Shown: in pieces, positions 17,899-25,478 of the stretch
Layout of the letters: every line of letters begins with the position of its first letter
How positions within the stretch are numbered: the first letter of the stretch is position 1
Source: an uncultured Deinococcaceae bacterium
Lineage (GTDB): Bacteria > Deinococcota > Deinococci > Deinococcales > Deinococcaceae
Assembly: GCA_964252075.1 (NCBI GenBank)
Contig: CAXULY010000049.1
Location: forward strand, 1 to 33,848
DNA length: 33,848 nucleotides
Reading direction: 5' to 3'
The notes under the pieces: generated by a model
What the model saw: only the letters and a program-made list of their open reading frames with translations
Databases searched by the model: none
What the model was told of the DNA's origin: nothing
Translations under genes and position numbers: made by a program

Positions 17899-18021
17899 GC
17901 TGTGCCTCCCTGGCGGGCGTGGTCCCCCCGCGCGAAGCTCAGGTGTACCATCGGCGGGTGAGCGTCGCGGGGGCGGCACCACAACGGGCGTTCACACTGC
18001 GGGCAGGAGGGCACGGCAGGC

Positions 18022-19290
18022 ATGACGGAACAACGGAACTGGGCGGGCAACTACACCTACCGGGCGGCCCGCTGGCATCACCCCGGCTCGCTGGAGGAGG
18101 TGCGGGCCATCGTGCGCGGCGCGCGGCGCGTGAAGGTGGTGGGTTCGCGTCACTCCTTCAACGGCGTGGCGGACACCACCGGGGACCTGCTGTCCCTGGA
18201 GCGCCTCAACCGCATCACGCTCGATGAGGCGCGGCGCACCGTGACGGTGGAGGGCGGCGTGCGCTACGGCGAACTCAGCGCGGCGCTGCACGCGCGCGGC
18301 TTCGCGCTGCACAACCTCGCGTCGCTGCCGCACCTCTCGGTGGCGGGGGCCGTCGCGACCGCCACGCACGGCTCCGGTGACGCGCTCGGCAACCTGTCCA
18401 CGGCGGTGTCCGTACTGGAGTTCGTGACGGCGGACGGCGAGGTCGTCACGGCGACGCGCGAGCGCGCCCCGGACTTTCACGGCATGGTGGTGTCCCTGGG
18501 GGCGCTGGGCGTCGTCACGCGCCTCACGCTGGACGTGCAGCCCACCTACCTGGTGCGCCAGGACGTGTACGAGCACCTGCCGCTGGCAGCCCTGGAGGCG
18601 CACTTCGACGCCATCATGGCGGGCGCGGACAGCGTGAGCCTGTTCACGCACTGGCGGGAGGCGTCCTTCCATCAGGTGTGGCTCAAGCGCCGCGTGGACG
18701 CCGGGAACGTGCCGGACCTGCCGCGCGAGTGGTTCGGCGCGGTGCGCGCGACGCGCGACCTGCACCCCATCACGCGCATGCCCGCCGTGAACAGCACGCC
18801 GCAGCTGGGCGTGGCGGGGCCGTGGCACGAGCGGCTGCCGCACTTCCGGCTGGCGTTCACGCCCAGCAGCGGTGAGGAACTGCAGAGTGAGTACCTCGTG
18901 CCGCGCGAGCACGCCCTCGCGGCGATCCGCGCGGTGCAGGCGCTGGGCGCGCACATTGGTCCGCTGCTGCAGGTGTCGGAGGTGCGCACCGTCGCCGCCG
19001 ATCCCCTGTGGATGAGCCCCTGCTTCGAGCGGGCGAGCGCCGCGCTGCACTTCACGTGGGTGCCCGACGAGGCGGCGGTGCGGGCGGCGCTGCCGCGCCT
19101 CGAAGCGGCCCTCGCGCCGCTGGGCGCCCGACCGCACTGGGGCAAGGTGTTCACCACGCCGCCCGATCACCTGCGGGCGCTGTACCCGCGCCTCGCGGAC
19201 TTTCGGGCGCTGCTCGCGCGGCACGACCCGGGCGGGAAGTTCCGCAACGCCTTCCTCGACGCGGGCGTGTTCGGTGACGCCGCCGACTGA
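18022..19290 (+). CDS. xyoA: Alditol (xylitol) oxidase-like FAD-binding protein
   Basis: NWAGN, GSRHSFN (covalent FAD His), LHNLASLPHLSVAGAVATATHGSG, ELQSEY, RPHWGK. Confidence 0.88.
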   Translation: MTEQRNWAGNYTYRAARWHHPGSLEEVRAIVRGARRVKVVGSRHSFNGVADTTGDLLSLERLNRITLDEARRTVTVEGGVRYGELSAALHARGFALHNLASLPHLSVAGAVATATHGSGDALGNLSTAVSVLEFVTADGEVVTATRERAPDFHGMVVSLGALGVVTRLTLDVQPTYLVRQDVYEHLPLAALEAHFDAIMAGADSVSLFTHWREASFHQVWLKRRVDAGNVPDLPREWFGAVRATRDLHPITRMPAVNSTPQLGVAGPWHERLPHFRLAFTPSSGEELQSEYLVPREHALAAIRAVQALGAHIGPLLQVSEVRTVAADPLWMSPCFERASAALHFTWVPDEAAVRAALPRLEAALAPLGARPHWGKVFTTPPDHLRALYPRLADFRALLARHDPGGKFRNAFLDAGVFGDAAD

Positions 19291-19346
19291 CGGGTAGGTC
19301 ATTGTGCGCAGGCGCCGCGCGCACCGCGCCTGCGTATCTTGAACGC

Positions 19347-20744
19347 ATGACCGATCCCGGCGGCCCGCCGCCGCAGGGCTTCAGGACCTTTCTGGTGCTG
19401 TGGTCCACGCAGTCGCTGTCGGTGATTGGCAGCGCGCTGGCGGCCTTCGCGTTCAACATCTACCTCACGCAGACGGTGTTCCCGCTGCCGCAGCAGAAAC
19501 CACAGCTGGCGCTCGCCCTGTCCCTCACGGCGCTGGCGTTCACGCTCACCGCGCTGCTCGGCGCGCCCATCGCGGGCGCGTGGGCGGACCGCCACGACCG
19601 CCGCCGCATCATGCTGACCTGCGACGTCATCAGCGGCGCGCTGTCCCTGGCGCTCGCGGCGCTCATCCTGTTCGCGCACCCGCCCATCGCGGTGCTGGTG
19701 GCGCTCACGGCCCTGACGGGCCTCACCTCCACCTTCCACGCCAGCGCCTTCGACACCAGTTACGCGACCCTCGTGACGCGCGCGCAGCTGCCGCGCGCGA
19801 ACGGCATGATGCAGACCATCTGGAGCGTCTCGACCCTCGCGAGTCCGGCGCTCGCGGCGGTCATCATCGGTGTGCCCGCGCTCGCGCGGCAGTCGGGCGG
19901 CTGGCCGTGGCTGGCGGCGCTCCCGAGCGGCGTGCCGCTCGCGATGCTGCTGGACGGCCTGACTTTCTTCGTGGCGGCGGGCGTCCTGACGCGCCTGCGC
20001 CTGCCCTCGCCGCGCGTGGGCGCGCCGGGCGGGCGCACCAGCCTGCTGGCGGACGTAGGGGTGGGGTGGCGGTACATCCTGGACCGCCGCCCGCTGCTGT
20101 GGCTGCTGCTGACCTTCGCGCTCGCGAACTTCGTGGGGTCGCCCATCGCGGTCTTCGAGCCGCTGCTCGTGAAGTTCAACCTGCAGCCGGACTGGTCCGC
20201 GCGCGGCCTGAGTTTCGAGGCGGCGCTCGCGGTGATCGCCACCGCGAACAGCGTGGGCGGCGTGGTGGGCGGCGTGCTCATCAGCGCGTGGGGGGGCCTC
20301 AGGCGGCGGCGGGTGCTGGGCGTCGTCGCGCCGATGCTGGTGGGCGGGCTCGCGCAGGCGCTGTTCGGGTGGTCGGCGCAGCTCGCGCTGAGCGCTGCGG
20401 CGCTGTTCGCGATGGGCCTCACGCTGCCCTTTATGAACGCGCACTCCCAGGCCATCTGGCAGGCGCAGGTGCCGCCGGAGCTGCAGGGGCGGGTGTTCAG
20501 CGTGCGGCGCTTCATCGCGCAGTTCACCTCGCCGCTGTCCATCGCGCTCGCGGGGTTCCTGGCGGGCGCCCTGCCGCCCGGCGCGGTCATCGGTGTGCTG
20601 GGCCTGCTGCTCGCGGCGTTCTGCGCGGCGCAGCTCTTCAACCCGCTGCTGCGGCGCGTGGAGGACCGCGCGTGGCTGGAGCGCGGTGCGAGCGCGCGGT
20701 TCGCCGCGCGCTCCGGCCCCCCGCCGCCCGCCGACGCCCCGTGA
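19347..20744 (+). CDS. MFS transporter (MefA/DHA3-like)
   Basis: GAWADRHDRRRIM motif A, many TM segments, VPPELQGRVFS; leaderless (TATCTT 6 nt before ATG 19347). Confidence 0.9.
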   Translation: MTDPGGPPPQGFRTFLVLWSTQSLSVIGSALAAFAFNIYLTQTVFPLPQQKPQLALALSLTALAFTLTALLGAPIAGAWADRHDRRRIMLTCDVISGALSLALAALILFAHPPIAVLVALTALTGLTSTFHASAFDTSYATLVTRAQLPRANGMMQTIWSVSTLASPALAAVIIGVPALARQSGGWPWLAALPSGVPLAMLLDGLTFFVAAGVLTRLRLPSPRVGAPGGRTSLLADVGVGWRYILDRRPLLWLLLTFALANFVGSPIAVFEPLLVKFNLQPDWSARGLSFEAALAVIATANSVGGVVGGVLISAWGGLRRRRVLGVVAPMLVGGLAQALFGWSAQLALSAAALFAMGLTLPFMNAHSQAIWQAQVPPELQGRVFSVRRFIAQFTSPLSIALAGFLAGALPPGAVIGVLGLLLAAFCAAQLFNPLLRRVEDRAWLERGASARFAARSGPPPPADAP

Positions 20745-20769
20745 GTCGGGCGTGCGCGGGCGACCCCCG

Positions 20770-21816
20770 TTACCGGCGCGCCCGGTTCCGGGCGTGCTTG
20801 TCGAGGTGCATGGCGTGATCCGCGGTGCGCAGCAGGTCGCGGCCCGCCCCGCCGTCCCGCAGGTACACCGCGCAGCCCACGGACAGCCCCAGGTCCACGC
20901 GAATGCCGCGCCGCTCGATGGGCCGCTCGAACGCACCCCGCAGTTTCTTCACCACGAGGTCGCAGGCGTCCTGGTCGTCCACGCCTTCGGCCAGCACCGC
21001 GAACTCATCGCCGCCCAGGCGGCACACGGTGTCCGACGCGCGCAGGGCGTCGCTCAGGCGGGCGGCGGCGTCCTTGAGCACCTCGTCGCCCACCTCGTGC
21101 CCGTAGCGTTCGTTGATGCGCTTGAAGCCGTCGAGGTCCAGCACGCACACCGCGAAGCCCCGACCGCTGCGCAGGCTGCGCTTCGCGGCCTCCTGCACGC
21201 GGTCGTCGAACAGCGCGCGGTTCGGGAGGCCGGTGAGCGCGTCGTGCTGCGCCAGCCACAGCAACTCGTCGTTCAGGCGGCGCTGCTCCAGCGCCGCCGC
21301 GGCGTGGTGCGACAGCGTCAGGAGCCACGCGATGTCCTCCGGGCGCAGCGCCTCCGCGCCCGGCACGGCGATGACCGTCAGCGTCGCGAAGATCGTCGCC
21401 TCGGTCTGCACGGGCAGCACCGTGATGCTCCCGCAGTGCGTCTCGCGCCGCACGCGCTGCACCTCCGGCGTCTCGCGCGGGTCGGGCGCGCCTTCCGGCG
21501 AGAAGGCGATGGTGCGTTCGCGCATCACCCAGCCGGTCAGGCCGCGCATGAGGTCGTCGTAGGCGCTGAGGAGCACGAGGTCCGCGCCGGGTCCCGCGAA
21601 CACGTAATGCTCGATGGAGCGGCCGTCCTCGCTGAAGACGATCAGCACCGCGCGGTCCACGCCGAGGACGCGCACCACCTCATCCACGATGAGGCGCAGC
21701 ACCGCCTCCTCGCCGTGCGAGCGGGACAGGGCGTACGCGATTTCCTGCAGGGCGCGCGCGCGCTGCTGGGCCTGCTCAAGCTGGGCGCGGGACGTGCGGC
21801 GGGCCGAGGGGGGCAT
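20770..21816 (-). CDS. GAF-GGDEF diguanylate cyclase
   Basis: HDALTGLPNR, DLDGFKRIN..YGHEVGD, RLGGDEF; N-terminal GAF-like region; leaderless (TACACT 6 nt before ATG 21816). Confidence 0.9.
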   Translation of the reverse strand: MPPSARRTSRAQLEQAQQRARALQEIAYALSRSHGEEAVLRLIVDEVVRVLGVDRAVLIVFSEDGRSIEHYVFAGPGADLVLLSAYDDLMRGLTGWVMRERTIAFSPEGAPDPRETPEVQRVRRETHCGSITVLPVQTEATIFATLTVIAVPGAEALRPEDIAWLLTLSHHAAAALEQRRLNDELLWLAQHDALTGLPNRALFDDRVQEAAKRSLRSGRGFAVCVLDLDGFKRINERYGHEVGDEVLKDAAARLSDALRASDTVCRLGGDEFAVLAEGVDDQDACDLVVKKLRGAFERPIERRGIRVDLGLSVGCAVYLRDGGAGRDLLRTADHAMHLDKHARNRARR

Positions 21817-21895
21817 CGCTTCAGTGTACGCACGGCGGCGCGCCAGATTGAACGCACACGCGCGTTCTGACGCGCGTGTGAAGGCGCCCACAGCG

Positions 21896-21929
21896 AGGCG
21901 GGACCGGGGGTTTACCCCCGGTCCCGCCT
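21896..21929 (-). terminator. Terminator hairpin after the S8 protease gene
   Basis: 15-bp perfect stem AGGCGGGACCGGGGG-ttta-CCCCCGGTCCCGCCT. Confidence 0.75.
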
Positions 21930-21941
21930 GTTCGCCGCGGC

Positions 21942-23810
21942 TCAGTGGCGCTGCATGAGGGCGCGGATGGCGGCGCGCTGCGCGTCGCTGGCGCGCTTGC
22001 CCGCGTGCTGCGCGCTGAAGGGCGCGAGGTCGATGTTCACGTCGCCGCGGTCGCTGCCGCGCAGGTCCAGCAGGTTCGGGTACACGCCCGCCGGCTCGCC
22101 GTCATCCACGTCGAGGTTGCCGTTCAGGTCCTGCCACGCGAGCGCGATGTACTGGCCGGGTTCGAGGTTCTCGATGCGGTAGAGCTTCCTCAGGCGGTCC
22201 TGCGTGACCTCGCGGTACTGGCTGAGGTCGGCGTCGATGTGGTCCGGGTCGCCGTCCGGGGTGTTCAGCGCGAAGACGTAGGTGCTGAGGGTGTCGGTGG
22301 GGGGCGTGTTGGGGTCCGGCTGCGTGCCGCCGCCCGAACCGGTCAGGAGCGCGGCGGCGTCCACGATGCCGGGGCCGCAGCCGTTCGCGCGGTCGCATTC
22401 GGCGCCCATGGGGTGCGCGCTGGCCTTCAGGCGCGCCACGACCTGCGCGGTCGTGAGGGCGGGCTCCTGGCCCTTCAGGAGCGCCACCAGTCCCGCGATC
22501 TGCGGGGACGCCATGGAGGTGCCCTGCAGCACGTCGTACCCCAGCTTGCCCTCGGCGCTCTTGACGGTGGAAAGGATGCCGCCCGGCAGCGTCACGTCGC
22601 CCAGCGTGACGTTCAGGTCGGTGTTGCCGCCCGGCGCCATGATGTCGATGCGCGAACCGTAGTTGGAGTAGGGGGCGCGCGCGGCGTCCGGCCCGACCGC
22701 GCCGACCGTGACGACGTTGCGGCAGCTCGCGGGGTTGTAGAGGTTCGCGTCGTCGTCGGAGTTGCCGGCGGCGACCACCACCACCACGCCGCGCTGCGCG
22801 AGGTCGTCGAAGACCTGCTGCTGCAGGTCCGTGCAGGCGCCCTCACCGCCCAGGCTCATGTTGATGACGCTCGCGGGGTTCGGGTTGTTCGGCACGCCGT
22901 CCACCTCGCCGCCCGACGCCCAGTACACGCCGCGCATGATGTCCATGGTGCTGCCGCCCTGCGTGCCGAGCGCGCGCACGGGCAGGATCTTCGCGGCCCA
23001 GTTGGCGCCCGCGATGCCCGCGCCGTTGTTGGCGCTCGCCGCGATGGTGCCCGCCACGTGCGAGCCGTGGTAGTGGCTGTCCGCCGTGGGGTCGGTGGGG
23101 TCCGGGTCGGGGCCGTCGCCGTCCGCGGCGTTGTCGGCGTCCGAGACGAAGTCGTAGCCGGGCACGATCTTGGCTTTCAGGTCGGGGTGCTGCAGCAGGA
23201 TGCCGCTGTCCACGACCGCCACCGTGATGGACTTGCCGGTGGTGGTGTTCCAGGCTTTGGGGAGGTTCATGAGGTCGTGGTCCCACTGCAGGGGGTGCAG
23301 GGGGTCGTTCGGGGTGGCGAACAGCCCGAGCCTGCGGTTGGGTTCGGCGGACACGACGTCCGAGCGGGCCTGCAGGGCGGCCAGGGTGGCGTGCACGCTG
23401 CTCGCGGAGAGCCGCGTCTGCGCGCGGTACAGCTGGTAGTCCAGCAGGCCCTCGCCGTCCACGCGGGCGAGGCGCACGCCAGCGGCCGTGAGGGTGGCGC
23501 TGCGGGCCGCCACGCCGGGCTTGAGGCGCACGATGAACTCGCCGGTGATGGCGTTCGAGTCGGCCTGCGCGGTGTGACCTGGGGTGATCCAGGGGAGGCG
23601 CGCGGGCGGCGTGGCGTTCGGGCGCACGGTGTAGGCGGGGTGCGCGGCGGCCTGGCTGCTGCCCGCGTCGCCGGGCGTGGAGACGGCGCCCCAGAGGGAG
23701 TGGCGGGCGCCGCCGCCCGCGCCGCCGGAGTTGCCGCCGCTGCAGGCCGCGAGCAGGCTCGCGCCGAGCAGGGCGGCGGCCGCCATCTTCCGTGTGTGTG
23801 CGTTGTTCAT
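21942..23810 (-). CDS. S8 (subtilisin-family) serine protease lipoprotein
   Basis: GGAGG RBS before ATG 23810; lipobox LAA-C; triad motifs VAVVDSG, HGSHVAG, GTSMASP; AAGN oxyanion motif; prodomain. Confidence 0.93.
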   Translation of the reverse strand: MNNAHTRKMAAAALLGASLLAACSGGNSGGAGGGARHSLWGAVSTPGDAGSSQAAAHPAYTVRPNATPPARLPWITPGHTAQADSNAITGEFIVRLKPGVAARSATLTAAGVRLARVDGEGLLDYQLYRAQTRLSASSVHATLAALQARSDVVSAEPNRRLGLFATPNDPLHPLQWDHDLMNLPKAWNTTTGKSITVAVVDSGILLQHPDLKAKIVPGYDFVSDADNAADGDGPDPDPTDPTADSHYHGSHVAGTIAASANNGAGIAGANWAAKILPVRALGTQGGSTMDIMRGVYWASGGEVDGVPNNPNPASVINMSLGGEGACTDLQQQVFDDLAQRGVVVVVAAGNSDDDANLYNPASCRNVVTVGAVGPDAARAPYSNYGSRIDIMAPGGNTDLNVTLGDVTLPGGILSTVKSAEGKLGYDVLQGTSMASPQIAGLVALLKGQEPALTTAQVVARLKASAHPMGAECDRANGCGPGIVDAAALLTGSGGGTQPDPNTPPTDTLSTYVFALNTPDGDPDHIDADLSQYREVTQDRLRKLYRIENLEPGQYIALAWQDLNGNLDVDDGEPAGVYPNLLDLRGSDRGDVNIDLAPFSAQHAGKRASDAQRAAIRALMQRH

Positions 23811-23875
23811 GGTTGTTCCTCCGTGTGGTTGGTCGCCCGGCGGGGCCTGTGCGGGCCGCTGCCGTCGCTGCACAG

Positions 23876-23909
23876 ACCTTACGGAAGGCAGGATGATTGG
23901 GGGATGACA
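23876..23909 (-). promoter_or_regulatory. Direct-repeat activator box plus -10 (motif A)
   Basis: Minus strand TGTCAT-ccccc-AATCAT-N11-TAAGGT. Confidence 0.72.
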
Positions 23910-23978
23910 TGGCGCGCCGACGGCGCATGGACGTGCGTCTGGGGTGTGGCGGGCGCGTAGGCATACTGGCGGACCGCA

Positions 23979-24006
23979 TTGACGCCGGATTTCGCCCGGG
24001 TATAAT
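23979..24006 (+). promoter_or_regulatory. Near-consensus sigma70 leaderless promoter
   Basis: TTGACG-N16-TATAAT, 6 nt before ATG 24013. Confidence 0.8.
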
Positions 24007-24012
24007 TGGCGC

Positions 24013-24564
24013 ATGGACGAGCCGACCTACACCGCCTTCGCCGGGGAGCAGCACCTCATCACCGCGCCGCTGCCCGAGCTGCTTCGCCACCTCAAGACGC
24101 ACCACGACGCGCACCACGCGCCCGTGCTGGTCTTCATGGACCAGAGCGGACAGCAGGTGGACTTCGATCTGCGCGGCAGCCTCGACGACGTGCTCGCCCG
24201 CCACGCCCCCAGCCCCGCCCGCAAGGGACCGGGCCGCCCGAAGCTCGGCGTCACCGCGCGCGAGGTGACGCTGCTGCCCCGTCACTGGGACTGGCTCGAC
24301 CAGCAGCGCGGCGGCGCCTCCGCCACCCTGCGCCGACTCATTGACGAGGCGCGCAAGCAGGACCCCGGCCAGCAGGACGCGCGCCGCGCCGCCGAGGCTG
24401 CCGGGCGTTTCCTGACGGCCCTCGCGGGCAACCTGCCGCACTTCGAGGACGTCACGCGCGCCCTGTACGCCGGGGACCGCGAGCGCTTCACGGCCCTCAC
24501 CGCCAGCTACCCGCCCGACATCCGCGCGCACGCCCTGCGCCTCGCCGCGCCCGCCCTGCACTGA
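24013..24564 (+). CDS. DUF2239 family protein
   Basis: YTAFAG, GQQVDFDLRG, GPGRPKLGVTAREVTLLPRHWDWL..Q.GGASATLRRLIDEARK, AGNLPHFE. Confidence 0.88.
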   Translation: MDEPTYTAFAGEQHLITAPLPELLRHLKTHHDAHHAPVLVFMDQSGQQVDFDLRGSLDDVLARHAPSPARKGPGRPKLGVTAREVTLLPRHWDWLDQQRGGASATLRRLIDEARKQDPGQQDARRAAEAAGRFLTALAGNLPHFEDVTRALYAGDRERFTALTASYPPDIRAHALRLAAPALH

Positions 24565-24587
24565 GCCCGCACCCCGACAGGAGCCCC

Positions 24588-24971
24588 ATGAAAGACCCCC
24601 AGCCCGCGCTGTTCGCCCCCACCCGCCGCTACAAGAACTTCGAGCCCGCCATGGGCGTGTGGGCCATCCGCAACACCGTGAACGGCAAGATGCTGCTCGG
24701 CGCGAGCGCGCACACTACAGCCGCCATCAACAAGCTCCTCTTCACCCTGCGGCTCGGGAACCACCGCAACGCCGCGCTGCAGCGCGACTGGCATGAGCAC
24801 GGCGAGGCGGCCTTCACGACCGAGGTGCTGCACGTGCTGGAGCGCCGCCCGGACCGCAGTGAGGCCGACGACGCGCGCGAACTCGCGGACCTGGAGCAGC
24901 TGTGGCTGGAGGAACTCCAGCCGTACGGCGACGCCGGGTATCACCCGCGCCCCCCGGAAACCCCCAGGTGA
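24588..24971 (+). CDS. GIY-YIG nuclease-like protein (degenerate motifs)
   Basis: AGGAG RBS; GVWAIRNTVNGKMLLG, GNHRNAALQRDWHEHGEAAFTTEVL, LEQLWLEELQPYG. Confidence 0.8.
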   Translation: MKDPQPALFAPTRRYKNFEPAMGVWAIRNTVNGKMLLGASAHTTAAINKLLFTLRLGNHRNAALQRDWHEHGEAAFTTEVLHVLERRPDRSEADDARELADLEQLWLEELQPYGDAGYHPRPPETPR

Positions 24972-25017
24972 GCCCGGGCGCCAGCGCCAGGGTGTCCCCC
25001 ATGCGCGCCCACCCCTG

Positions 25018-25048
25018 ACCCCGCGCTCGGCCCAGGCCAGCGCGGGGT
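25018..25048 (+). terminator. Hairpin after the GIY-YIG gene
   Basis: ACCCCGCGCT-cGGCCcaGGCC-AGCGCGGGGT. Confidence 0.55.
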
Positions 25049-25068
25049 TCACGCTGCCCGCACGGACC

Positions 25069-25102
25069 TTTGACCGGCTTTTGACCGGTCAGCCGTCACC
25101 GT
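25069..25102 (+). promoter_or_regulatory. Direct-repeat activator box plus -10-like hexamer (motif B)
   Basis: TTTGAC-cggct-TTTGAC-N11-CACCGT; includes the palindrome TGACCGGTCA at 25082-25091. Confidence 0.7.
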
Positions 25103-25158
25103 TCACTCACCGCAGCACAGCGGGGCGGGCGAGGCACCGGCCCGCGGGGAGGAACGGC

Positions 25159-25398
25159 ATGACCCAGGCAGACGGCCCTTACCACGTGTGTCCCTCGTGC
25201 TTCCGCGGGTGGCCGCGCGCCCGCGCGGCGCGCCTCTGCCCGCACGACCGGCAGTGGCTGCTCACGGCGTGCCCCGCCTGCGGCTCGGACGTCCACGCGC
25301 CCACCCAGCGCTGCTGCGCGCGCTGCGGGTGCTCCTTCGCCGCGGTGGACCTGCGCCTCGTGACGGGGCCCGGCGCGAGGAGGCGCGCACCGCCCTGA
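25159..25398 (+). CDS. Double zinc ribbon microprotein (paralog of 17133-17366)
   Basis: GGAGG RBS before ATG 25159; MTQADGPYHVCPSC...CPHD...CPAC...CARC. Confidence 0.8.
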   Translation: MTQADGPYHVCPSCFRGWPRARAARLCPHDRQWLLTACPACGSDVHAPTQRCCARCGCSFAAVDLRLVTGPGARRRAPP

Positions 25399-25478
25399 GT
25401 GACCACTGAAGCCACCACCCACCACCGCCCGCCCCGCGGGCCCGTTCAGGGGGCACTCCCCCAACAGGAGGTCACGCC

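Noticed and set aside
23811..24014. N-terminal extension of the S8 protease ORF
   Set aside because: Lipoprotein signal and RBS define the start at 23810; the extension runs through two promoters
24588..24971. GIY-YIG protein as a homing endonuclease or mobile element marker
   Set aside because: Short, degenerate motifs, no intron or intein context and no flanking repeats
25070..25086. TTGACC copies as canonical -35 elements
   Set aside because: No TANNNT 16-18 nt downstream; better explained as motif B repeats shared with 17075-17108
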